In this document: in pieces, positions 19,747-28,619 of the stretch | How the letters are laid out: each line of letters opens with the position of its first letter | How positions within the stretch are numbered: the first letter of the stretch is position 1 | NCBI GenBank assembly: GCA_947085265.1 | Contig: CAMTVR010000012.1 | Location: 178,180-242,179, forward strand | Source: an uncultured Bacillus sp. | GTDB lineage: Bacteria; Bacillota; Bacilli; ZCTH02-B2 | DNA length: 64,000 bases | Reading direction: 5' to 3' | Program-made: the position numbers and the translations under genes | The notes under the pieces: model-generated | What the model was told of the DNA's origin: nothing | Databases searched by the model: none | The model's input: only the letters and a program-made list of their open reading frames with translations

Positions 19747-21729
19747 ATGCCCCGCATACAGGTTCTGGCAGAACATGTGGCCAATCAGATTGCGGCAGGC
19801 GAGGTAATTGAACGGCCTGCTTCTGTCGTCAAAGAATTGGTGGAGAATTCGATCGATGCCGGCAGCACCCAGATTGAGGTACGCGCGGAGGAGGCGGGTC
19901 TCAGCCAGATCGAGGTCAGGGATAATGGTTCAGGCATCGAACCGGAAGAATGCCTGCTGGCTTTTGAACGACACGCGACGAGCAAGATTCGAACGGCCAA
20001 GGACTTATACCGTATCGGTTCGCTCGGTTTCCGAGGGGAAGCCCTGGCCAGCATTGCCGCCGTTTCCAAGGTCCGATTGGTCACCGCCACCTCGACAGAA
20101 AGAGCAGGCGTCCAACTTTTCCTGGAAGGGGGAGAGGTGAGGGAACATCAACCGACAGCTGCACCAAAAGGAACCTGGATTCAGGTCAACGGTCTGTTTT
20201 ATAATACACCGGCACGTCTGAAATACCTCAAATCAAAGCAAACAGAACTAGCCCATATTCATGATGTGTTGGCGCGCCTTGCCCTGGGTCACCCCCATAT
20301 CGCTTTTCGTTTTTATCATCAGGGCCGGTTGGTCTTTTCAACCGATGGTGATGGGAAGTTATTGCACGTCATTCACGCTTTATATGGTTTAACCACCGCG
20401 CGTTCCATGATTCCGTACAAGGAAGAAACGCCCGATTTTGAATTGGTTGGGTATCTCAGCAAGCCGCAAATCCATCGTGCCAACCGTTCCCACATCTATT
20501 GGATTGTTAACGGGCGGGCGATTAAGAATGCCAACCTGACGCATGCGCTTCTTGACGCCTATCACACGTTGCTGTTGCAGCGCCGCTACCCGATTGCCGT
20601 TGTTCACTTGCGCATGGATCCGCAGTTGGTGGATGTCAATGTGCATCCTGCAAAACTGGAGGTGCGGTTCAGCAAAGAGCAGGAATTGATGAAATGCCTG
20701 AAGGAAAGCGTCAGCAAGCAACTGCGCCAGCAATCGTTGATTTCGCCTAATCCTGCCAATGCCCGTCCCGTTGGTGGACCTGGTAGCCATCAAGCGAAGT
20801 CGAGGCAGCGTCCAAAGCACGTCAATCAACAGGTACAGATCGATTTTATGCGCCCGATCGAAAAAACGGTTCTCCCGACATACCAGACAGACGAACAGCC
20901 CGCTCACGTACCTGAAAGCCCGAGCGTCGAAGAAACACGCATAAAAGATCCGGCGCCGGAGACAGCGAAACCAGAAATGATACGGGAAACAAAGCCATTA
21001 CATCTGGATGCCGGCTCACGATTGGATAGCGGACGAACCGCGCCTGTTTGCGCGGCGATATATGAGGAAGAAGAGACCGTGTCCGTTTCATCTTCTCCCG
21101 AGCAAGCGCCGGAAAACACCGCTCTCCTCCCTATGATGTACCCATTAGGCCAGTTGCACGGCACCTATATCTTGGCCCAGAATGAATTCGGGCTCTACAT
21201 GGTGGACCAGCATGCTGCCCAGGAACGCATTTTTTACGAACGTTTTTCTGAATTGGCCAGACAGTTCCAGGTGCAACGGCAGCCGTTGCTGATTCCGTTG
21301 ACCATCCACCTGCACCCAAAGGAAGCCAGTCTTTTAAACGAATTATTAACGTTGCGAAAAGAGGAGATACTGAACCTAGGAATGGAAATCGAACCTTTTG
21401 GACAACATACGTTCTTGGTTCGTTCCTATCCGAGTTGGATTCCCCCGGATGAGGAGGATTTTTGGATACAGGAAATACTCCATCGATTATTGAACGCAGG
21501 TGGCGATCCCATGAAGATTGCCATGAACGATATCCTGGATGAAGTCATCATGGGGCTGGCATGCAAAGCCGCCATTAAAGCCAATCGGCATCTTCGCCTC
21601 GAAGAGATGCAGCGCTTGTTGGATGACTTGAGACAGGCGCGCCAGCCATACACCTGTCCACACGGACGTCCGGTTGTCATTCACTTTTCACAAAATCAGA
21701 TCAAAAGAATGTTCAAACGAATCATCTAA
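19747..21729 (+). CDS. mutL: DNA mismatch repair protein MutL
   Basis: GHKL ATPase N-terminus IQVLAEHVANQIAAGEVIERPASVVKELVENSIDAG; starts 3 nt after the mutS stop. Confidence 0.95.
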   Translation: MPRIQVLAEHVANQIAAGEVIERPASVVKELVENSIDAGSTQIEVRAEEAGLSQIEVRDNGSGIEPEECLLAFERHATSKIRTAKDLYRIGSLGFRGEALASIAAVSKVRLVTATSTERAGVQLFLEGGEVREHQPTAAPKGTWIQVNGLFYNTPARLKYLKSKQTELAHIHDVLARLALGHPHIAFRFYHQGRLVFSTDGDGKLLHVIHALYGLTTARSMIPYKEETPDFELVGYLSKPQIHRANRSHIYWIVNGRAIKNANLTHALLDAYHTLLLQRRYPIAVVHLRMDPQLVDVNVHPAKLEVRFSKEQELMKCLKESVSKQLRQQSLISPNPANARPVGGPGSHQAKSRQRPKHVNQQVQIDFMRPIEKTVLPTYQTDEQPAHVPESPSVEETRIKDPAPETAKPEMIRETKPLHLDAGSRLDSGRTAPVCAAIYEEEETVSVSSSPEQAPENTALLPMMYPLGQLHGTYILAQNEFGLYMVDQHAAQERIFYERFSELARQFQVQRQPLLIPLTIHLHPKEASLLNELLTLRKEEILNLGMEIEPFGQHTFLVRSYPSWIPPDEEDFWIQEILHRLLNAGGDPMKIAMNDILDEVIMGLACKAAIKANRHLRLEEMQRLLDDLRQARQPYTCPHGRPVVIHFSQNQIKRMFKRII

Positions 21730-21804
21730 ACCAATCATCCAGTTGATGAACATTGCGTATTTGGGCATGACACCGTGTTGGCAAGAGAAAGAGGGATGTA
21801 GGGG

Positions 21805-22758
21805 ATGAAAAAGCCGCTGCTGGTCATTGTGGGACCAACGGCTGTCGGAAAAACAGATCTGAGCGTCGCAATCGCCAGAGTGTTGGACATGGAAGTGATC
21901 TCCGCTGATTCGATGCAGGTATACAAAGGAATGGACATTGGTACGGCCAAGGTGCCGCTTGAGATACGTCAACAAATCCCGCATCACCTGATCGACATCT
22001 GCCAGCCCGATGAGCCTTATTCGGCGGCTGAATTCCAACGGGACGCCTTAAAAGCGATTGAACAGATCCACCAAAGGAAACGGGTTCCGCTGATGGTCGG
22101 CGGTACAGGGCTGTACGTACGTTCCGTGACACACGGTTATCTTTTTTCAGATGCCCCAAAGGATCAGCAGATCCGGGACAAATGGCAAGCGTTTAGCCAA
22201 GAATATGGAAGTCAACGCCTTTATGAACAATTAATGAAAAACGATCCGGAAACAGCTCACAAACTTCATCCGAATGATCAAAAGCGAATCATTCGCGCCT
22301 TGGAGGTACAAGAACTGACAGGGCTTCCGTTCAGTCAGTGGCAGAAGCAACAAAAGGAGCAAGAACCGTGGTTTGATGTGATGACAGTTGGGTTATGGAT
22401 GGAACGAAAGTTGCTGTATGAACGAATTCACCGGCGGGTGGATCGCATGCTTCAAGAAGGTTTGGTGGAAGAGGTAAGAGGACTGTTGGCGAAAGGTTAT
22501 GATGAATCCTTGCCATCTATGCAAGGTTTAGGGTATAAAGAAATTATCGCTTACCTCAAAGGTCAATGGAGTCTCGAAGAAGCGGTCTATGAGTTAAAAA
22601 AAAGGACTCGCCATTTTGCCAAGAGACAGTTCACCTGGTTTCAGAGACAACATGAAGTTCATTGGCTGAAGATAGGAGAGGGAGGATGGGAAGAGAAGTT
22701 CCCTGAAATTCAACAGTTGATTGCAGGAAAATTCTATCCGTTTGACGAATATACATGA
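21805..22758 (+). CDS. miaA: tRNA dimethylallyltransferase MiaA
   Basis: P-loop GPTAVGKT near the N-terminus, IPT family; synteny mutL-miaA-hfq. Confidence 0.9.
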   Translation: MKKPLLVIVGPTAVGKTDLSVAIARVLDMEVISADSMQVYKGMDIGTAKVPLEIRQQIPHHLIDICQPDEPYSAAEFQRDALKAIEQIHQRKRVPLMVGGTGLYVRSVTHGYLFSDAPKDQQIRDKWQAFSQEYGSQRLYEQLMKNDPETAHKLHPNDQKRIIRALEVQELTGLPFSQWQKQQKEQEPWFDVMTVGLWMERKLLYERIHRRVDRMLQEGLVEEVRGLLAKGYDESLPSMQGLGYKEIIAYLKGQWSLEEAVYELKKRTRHFAKRQFTWFQRQHEVHWLKIGEGGWEEKFPEIQQLIAGKFYPFDEYT

Positions 22759-22831
22759 AGCAATGTATAGTCCATATAAATTCATTGATATAAATAGAAA
22801 TAAATTGTAAAAACTATAGGAGGAACTATTC

Positions 22832-23095
22832 ATGAAACAGGTTATAAACGTTCAGGACACTTTTTTGAATCAGGTTCGAAAAGAAAATATCCCGGTAACG
22901 GTTTATTTGACCAACGGATATCAATTGAAAGGCTATGTTCGTTCTTTTGATAATTTTACGGTTGTCATCGAATCAGATGGCAAGCAACAGATGATTTATA
23001 AACATGCCATTTCCACATTTCATCCAGCAAGAGCCGTGAATCTTTATCAGTCCCCGGAAGCAAAAGGAACCGAAGAATCACCGCCATCCAATTAA
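22832..23095 (+). CDS. hfq: RNA chaperone Hfq
   Basis: Sm motifs ([38 protein letters not shown]...YKHAISTF); GGAGG RBS. Confidence 0.9.
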   Translation: MKQVINVQDTFLNQVRKENIPVTVYLTNGYQLKGYVRSFDNFTVVIESDGKQQMIYKHAISTFHPARAVNLYQSPEAKGTEESPPSN

Positions 23096-23189
23096 GCAAC
23101 ACGGAAGCTTGCTTCGTCCGGTTGTATCCGTGCTTGCATTCTTGAGTCATCATGGATGCTGTTTGAAAAGGGAAGGGGTGGAAGGGCTG

Positions 23190-24140
23190 ATGAAAACAGG
23201 TGCATCATTGCCATCTACCCACCGCATCCAGATCAAATTGACTTCTGCAAAGCAGAAACCCGTCACCGCAGGGCAAACGAAATCTGTTTTCGAACGTCCA
23301 ATGAACAGAGTGGAGCAACCCGAACACCTTCGCCATTTTTATCGTGCCTCTAGACACTTGGAGCAGTTAATCGGACTGGAAAAAGTCAAACAAATGGTCT
23401 ATGAGATCTATGCATTTTATTGGATCAATCAACAACGGGAACAATGGGGCATGAAACGGGAACCGCATGTTCTACATATGGTTTTTCATGGGAATCCAGG
23501 CACGGGTAAAACCACGGTGGCTCGGTTGTTTGGACGGATGTTCCAGGAATTGGGCATTTTACAAAAAGGCCACTTGGTGGAGGTAGAACGAGCTGATCTG
23601 GTGGGCGAGTATGTGGGTCATACCGCACAAAAAACGCGTGAACAGGTAAAGAAAGCTCTGGGGGGCATTCTGTTTATTGACGAAGCTTATTCATTGGCTC
23701 GTGGGGGAGAGAAGGATTTCGGCAAAGAGGCCATTGACACCTTGGTTAAGGCCATGGAGGATTATAAAAACGAGTTCATTTTGATCCTGGCTGGGTATAC
23801 TCAAGAGATGAAGCATTTTCTTGAGACCAACCCGGGCTTGCCGTCCCGTTTTCCGATTCAAGTGGAATTTAGCGATTATACAGTCACACAACTGTTGGAT
23901 ATTGCCGATGTTATGTATGCGGAGCGTGAATACCAGCTATCGGCGGCAGCGCGCTTCAAACTTCAAGCGATTCTGGAAGAGGCCGTGAATAAGTCTCACG
24001 AATTGCCGAGCAATGCCCGTTATGTCCGGAACTTGGTGGAAAAATCGATTCGTAATCAGGCCATGCGTCTGATGCACCAGTCCGTATGGACGAAAGAGAA
24101 ACTCATGTTGATTTTACCGGAAGATTTACAGTTTGATTAG
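23190..24140 (+). CDS. spoVK: stage V sporulation protein K (AAA+ ATPase)
   Basis: Walker A GNPGTGKTT, Walker B ILFIDEAY; ATG at 23190 after AAGGGAAGGGGTGGAAGGG; synteny with ynbB. Confidence 0.85.
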   Translation: MKTGASLPSTHRIQIKLTSAKQKPVTAGQTKSVFERPMNRVEQPEHLRHFYRASRHLEQLIGLEKVKQMVYEIYAFYWINQQREQWGMKREPHVLHMVFHGNPGTGKTTVARLFGRMFQELGILQKGHLVEVERADLVGEYVGHTAQKTREQVKKALGGILFIDEAYSLARGGEKDFGKEAIDTLVKAMEDYKNEFILILAGYTQEMKHFLETNPGLPSRFPIQVEFSDYTVTQLLDIADVMYAEREYQLSAAARFKLQAILEEAVNKSHELPSNARYVRNLVEKSIRNQAMRLMHQSVWTKEKLMLILPEDLQFD

Positions 24141-24239
24141 GAGTTCCAAAACTTGATGAAGTATCGACGCATCGAATTGGATTTCAAACAAAAAGTTGGA
24201 ATAAAAAAAGTTGGAATAAAATAGGGAGAAATTGCGCCG

Positions 24240-25499
24240 ATGTATCAGCATTTTACACACGTTGAACGATTGCGACGGATCTCCGAAACAGTTGAACAAG
24301 AATTATCGGGACGCTTTCGGGAAGTCGCGAGGCTGGTAGAAGAGAATCAAGCCAAAGTGTTGCACGCTTTTCAGGCTTCCCGAGTAAGTGATGCTCATTT
24401 CGCCGGGTCAACCGGATACGGATATGACGACCATGGACGAGATGTGATTGATCAGGTTTACGCAAAGGTGTTTGGCGCAGAGGACGCATTGGTGCGTCCT
24501 CACTTTGTTTCCGGTACACATGCGATTGTAACAGCGCTGTTTGGGATACTGCGTCCTGGGGACGAATTGCTTTACGCCACTGGAATGCCATATGATTCGT
24601 TGCAAGAGGCTTTGGGGTTAAGGGGCGAATGTAGAGGCAATCTGCGCGAGTATGGGATTACTTGCCGCGTTGTTCCGCTCTTGGATGACGGTCGCCCTGA
24701 TTACGCGACCATTGAACGGGCCATCACGCCAGCGACTAAGCTGGTCGCGATCCAGCGTTCTCGCGGCTATGATTGGCGACCCACATTTTCCGTGAAAGAG
24801 ATCGCTCAACTGAATCGGTTTGTGAAGTCCATCCGTCCCGAGCTGCTCACGTTCGTCGATAACTGCTACGGTGAATTTACAGAGATGATGGAGCCTACAG
24901 AAGTTGGCATCGATCTGATGGCTGGATCATTGATTAAGAATCCCGGTGGTGGATTGGCACCTGCAGGCGGATACATCGCTGGACGCCGGGAACTGGTTGC
25001 GATGGCCGCATCCCGTTTGACCGCACCTGGACTTGGAAAAGAGCTGGGTGCCACATTGGGGACCAACCGGTTGATCTTACAAGGATTCTTTCTGGCTCCT
25101 CACATCGTAGGAGAAGCGCTCAAAGGGGCCGTTTTCACCGCTGCCTTACTTGAGCATTACGGTTTTGAAACATCACCGCGTTGGAATGAACCACGTTCCG
25201 ATATCATCCAGGCCATCCGGTTTTCCCGAGAGGCAGAACTGATCACGTTCTGTCAGTCGATTCAAGCGGCTTCTCCGATCGATTCATTCGTCCGTCCCGT
25301 TCCGAGTCCGATGCCGGGTTACGAGGATCGAGTGATCATGGCCGCTGGCACATTTGTCCAGGGTGCAAGCATCGAACTGTCAGCTGATGCGCCACTTCGT
25401 GAGCCATACATCGGATATCTGCAAGGCGGCTTGACTTACGAACATGTCAAGTATGCCATGCTCTCCTTTCTTGACCGGATCCTGACCGAACAAGGGTGA
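24240..25499 (+). CDS. ynbB: YnbB-family PLP-dependent protein (aluminium-resistance / Cys-Met metabolism lyase-like)
   Basis: sequence typical of the YnbB/aluminium-resistance family; B. subtilis synteny spoVK-(hflX)-ynbB. Confidence 0.75.
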   Translation: MYQHFTHVERLRRISETVEQELSGRFREVARLVEENQAKVLHAFQASRVSDAHFAGSTGYGYDDHGRDVIDQVYAKVFGAEDALVRPHFVSGTHAIVTALFGILRPGDELLYATGMPYDSLQEALGLRGECRGNLREYGITCRVVPLLDDGRPDYATIERAITPATKLVAIQRSRGYDWRPTFSVKEIAQLNRFVKSIRPELLTFVDNCYGEFTEMMEPTEVGIDLMAGSLIKNPGGGLAPAGGYIAGRRELVAMAASRLTAPGLGKELGATLGTNRLILQGFFLAPHIVGEALKGAVFTAALLEHYGFETSPRWNEPRSDIIQAIRFSREAELITFCQSIQAASPIDSFVRPVPSPMPGYEDRVIMAAGTFVQGASIELSADAPLREPYIGYLQGGLTYEHVKYAMLSFLDRILTEQG

Positions 25500-25530
25500 A
25501 CAACATTCAACAAACATCACTTTGACAAAC

Positions 25531-26160
25531 TTATTCTTGATACTGCCTGAACAGTCCTATCACTTTACCCAAAATGGTGACATGAGGGAGGCGTATCGGT
25601 TCCATTGCGGGATTTTCCGGTTGCAGGCGAATGTGATCGTGCTCCTTGTAAAATCGTTTGACGGTGGCCTCATGTTCTTCCGTCATGGCCACCACGATCT
25701 CACCGTTGTTGGCCGTATGTTGTTGTCGGACAATCACATAATCCCGATCCTGGATTCCAGCATTGATCATGCTATCTCCACGTACGAGCAGCATAAATAC
25801 AGTTGACTCGTTGGGCGCCATGAATTTGGGAACAGGAAAATAGGTTTCGACATTTTCAATTGCGGTAATGGGCAAGCCTGCGGTCACTTTACCGACAATT
25901 GGAATATGTACCACTTCCGGCTGAGAATCGGCATGACTCATCTCGCGATCGAGGATTTCGATGGCACGAGGTTTGGATGGGTCGCGACGGATATATCCCT
26001 TTTTCTCCAGTTTCGCCAAGTGTCCGTGAACGGTAGAGCTGGATGCCAGGCCGACCGCATCACCGATTTCCCGCACGGAAGGAGGGTATCCTTTTTCACG
26101 GACTTCCTTGACGATAAACTCTAATATGGCTTGTTGACGTTTGGATAGAGGTTCCATCAA
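25531..26160 (-). CDS. lexA: SOS transcriptional repressor LexA
   Basis: winged-helix N-terminus ([10 protein letters not shown]...[14 protein letters not shown]), S24 peptidase domain with Ala-Gly cleavage site and Ser/Lys dyad. Confidence 0.9.
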   Translation of the reverse strand: MMEPLSKRQQAILEFIVKEVREKGYPPSVREIGDAVGLASSSTVHGHLAKLEKKGYIRRDPSKPRAIEILDREMSHADSQPEVVHIPIVGKVTAGLPITAIENVETYFPVPKFMAPNESTVFMLLVRGDSMINAGIQDRDYVIVRQQHTANNGEIVVAMTEEHEATVKRFYKEHDHIRLQPENPAMEPIRLPHVTILGKVIGLFRQYQE

Positions 26161-26192
26161 ACCAAAGCCCCACCTTTCTCTCTCTTAATTTA

Positions 26193-26247
26193 AGACCACG
26201 TGTTCGACCTCATTATACCATAATCACGTGTTTCAAACATCCGTTCG
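26193..26247 (+). promoter_or_regulatory. two candidate Cheo/SOS boxes upstream of lexA (AGACCACGTGTTCG at 26193-26206; CAAACATCCGTTCG at 26234-26247)
   Basis: each is a GAAC-N4-GTTC palindrome with one core mismatch; located in the lexA promoter region, as expected for autoregulation. Confidence 0.4.
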
Positions 26248-26411
26248 AAGAAGGAATAGAACCACATTTTAATTTTCAATGAACGTCGAACGTCCTAAGC
26301 CCAACCGCCCATAGTCCCTCCGATAGTCCTCTGAGCTTTCGCTTTTAACGTCCGATAATGTATATTATGTTAACTAATAGCTTGCTGAACTGTATCTCCA
26401 TATAACCGCCA

Positions 26412-27512
26412 TTACCATCGCTTGTATTTTTTCATAAACGAACGATCGATGGCATGTTTCAGCCGCCAGCACCAGCTGCCGTGAAACGACAGGCCCCGGT
26501 AGAGCAAAAACGCCTCACCATCACCGGTAGACAAGATGGACAAATAATGGGATTGCGGCGTATACGGTTTTAACGATGCTCCCGATAAATACCGTCCCAA
26601 GTTGGCCCAAAGCACGGGCGCTTCCCGTACGGCATAAACACCAGCTTTGTGCAGTGAAGGATACGGTTGTATGGAAATGCAATCGCCCGCCCCGAACACA
26701 TTCTCATGGGTCACAGACTGGAGGTGGTGGTTTACCAACAGATAGCCTTGGTGATCCGTTTTGAAGCCGCTTGCCCGGAATAATGGCGGTGCCGCCGGCC
26801 CAGCCAACCATATGAGTTGATCGTATGCCACCGTTTTACCCGACTGAAGTTCCAGATGATCTTTGTAAACAGAGATGACGCGATCCTGTTGAATCAGGTG
26901 AATTCCTTTCTTTTGCACAATCTCCGTTATTATGTGCCGGGTTACCTGGCTGCTTGCATTTTCCAATAGTGGGCCTTTGCTGATCAATGTCACAGGTTGA
27001 TTGAAGCCCAGCCTTTTTCGATGCGCCTGAAGACTGAAACTGATTTCAACGCCTGAAGATCCTCCGCCAGTGACGACGAGACGTTCCTTGGACTTAGAAA
27101 GGAAGTCTTCCTTTAGTTTTGCGATCAGATAGTTGGGCTTGATGAAAGTGGCATGTTCCTGTACACCTGGGACGTCAGTGTTGGCTATTTTCGAGCCGAT
27201 ATCAAAGGAAATCACGTCGTAATGCATTCGTTCGCCCATTGACGTGACGAGCTTTTGTTCTCCGGGATCCACTCTGACAACTGAAGCTTCCACAAAGCGG
27301 ATGTTCGCTGCAGCGCATAAACGGGCTAAATCGATCCGGATGTCATCTATGTTGTATCGCCCTTCCACGTAACCCGAAAACATGCCTGAATAATACTGAT
27401 AACGGTCCGGCGAGATGAATGCAATCTGTGTATTCGCCCATTTGTTCTTCCGCAGTTGTTTAAGAATATAAACATGTGCGTGACCGCCGCCAACAAGAAC
27501 TACTTTTCTCAT
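26412..27512 (-). CDS. FAD/NAD(P)-binding pyridine nucleotide-disulfide oxidoreductase family protein (NDH-2-like)
   Basis: N-terminal Rossmann GGGHAH, second nucleotide-binding GGGSSG, C-terminal GAGDC motif. Confidence 0.65.
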   Translation of the reverse strand: MRKVVLVGGGHAHVYILKQLRKNKWANTQIAFISPDRYQYYSGMFSGYVEGRYNIDDIRIDLARLCAAANIRFVEASVVRVDPGEQKLVTSMGERMHYDVISFDIGSKIANTDVPGVQEHATFIKPNYLIAKLKEDFLSKSKERLVVTGGGSSGVEISFSLQAHRKRLGFNQPVTLISKGPLLENASSQVTRHIITEIVQKKGIHLIQQDRVISVYKDHLELQSGKTVAYDQLIWLAGPAAPPLFRASGFKTDHQGYLLVNHHLQSVTHENVFGAGDCISIQPYPSLHKAGVYAVREAPVLWANLGRYLSGASLKPYTPQSHYLSILSTGDGEAFLLYRGLSFHGSWCWRLKHAIDRSFMKKYKRW

Positions 27513-27701
27513 TCCAGCACCTCATCGCGGAACCATCATATCATCCGTCATGTCTTATCATTTACGACTCTATTTTAGCGTAAAAAAAGACATTTTCAAA
27601 TAAGTTTACATAAGATTTATTATGTTACATTAAGAATTGGCATATTTATACGAAATCATCTTAATGAAAAATAAATTTAAATTTAAAAATTAATTATCAC
27701 T

Positions 27702-27737
27702 AAAAAAACAGGGGCCCTGGATGTTCGGCTCCCCTTC
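27702..27737 (-). terminator. rho-independent terminator ending the minus-strand sugar-nucleotide operon
   Basis: on the minus strand, an AGGGGAGCC...GGCCCCT hairpin followed by TTTTTTT. Confidence 0.6.
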
Positions 27738-27764
27738 TTTAAGAACGGCCTCTGTGTACGTCAC

Positions 27765-28619
27765 TTATCCATGCCCATAACCGTAACCCGGGTGTGTGCG
27801 GATCCACTCGCGCAATTCTGCGAGTGCTTCCTGATACGGCGTGACGGCGTAGGTGAAATCGGAGCGGGTGTTGACCAAGCTCTTGTCGGCGGTGATCCTG
27901 TCGCAGGGGCGTATCGTGATGTCTTCACGGCCAAACGCCTCCTTGAGCCAAAGCAGCAGCTGATACTTGGATATTTTCCCAGGCGTGGCCAGATGCACCA
28001 ATCCGGCAATCACCGGTTTTCGCAGCACCCAGTCGATCGCCTTGGCTAATTCCAGCGTGGTCACGCCGTTCCAGAATGCCCTGCGGTAGCCCTGCACTAC
28101 CCCTTTCTGATTCATGAACCAGTGGAACAAGCCGATGCCGTCCTTGAGTTCAGGACCGATGATTGAGGTGCGTATGGTGAGGTGGCCGCCATACGTCACC
28201 TCTCCCAAGCTTTTGGTCTTCGCGTAAGCGGTCATGCCGTCGGTGACATCTTCTTCCGTGTATTCTCCCCGCTTGCCGGAAAAGACGCAGTCCGTGCTGA
28301 TGTGGATCAGCCGAAAACCCATTTTTTCGCCAAGACGGGCCACCTGGTGGGGAAACAAGCTGTTGACGCAAATTGCGTCGAAGAGACGGCGGGAAGCCTC
28401 TTCGTTGAGAAGGCCTGTCGCATTGATCACGACATCGGGACGGACGAGGCGGATCGCCTGGGCCACTGCCGCTTGATCGGTGACGTCCAAACTGATTGCA
28501 TGAGGATCATCTGATTTTTCCCGCACGGTATGCCACACGTCATGCCGGCCGCATTCCGACAGGTGCGCCCGAATGACGTGCCCGGCCATGCCGTTGCCGC
28601 CAAACACCAGGACCCTCAA
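27765..28619 (-). CDS. RmlD-type SDR reductase; FnlB/Cap5F-like candidate (UDP-2-acetamido-2,6-dideoxy-L-hexose pathway reductase)
   Basis: RmlD substrate-binding-domain family; TTG start at 28619 overlaps the upstream stop as TTGA with GAGAGGGGGA RBS; the 60 upstream codons of the ORF track overlap the previous gene and are rejected. Confidence 0.7.
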   Translation of the reverse strand: MRVLVFGGNGMAGHVIRAHLSECGRHDVWHTVREKSDDPHAISLDVTDQAAVAQAIRLVRPDVVINATGLLNEEASRRLFDAICVNSLFPHQVARLGEKMGFRLIHISTDCVFSGKRGEYTEEDVTDGMTAYAKTKSLGEVTYGGHLTIRTSIIGPELKDGIGLFHWFMNQKGVVQGYRRAFWNGVTTLELAKAIDWVLRKPVIAGLVHLATPGKISKYQLLLWLKEAFGREDITIRPCDRITADKSLVNTRSDFTYAVTPYQEALAELREWIRTHPGYGYGHG

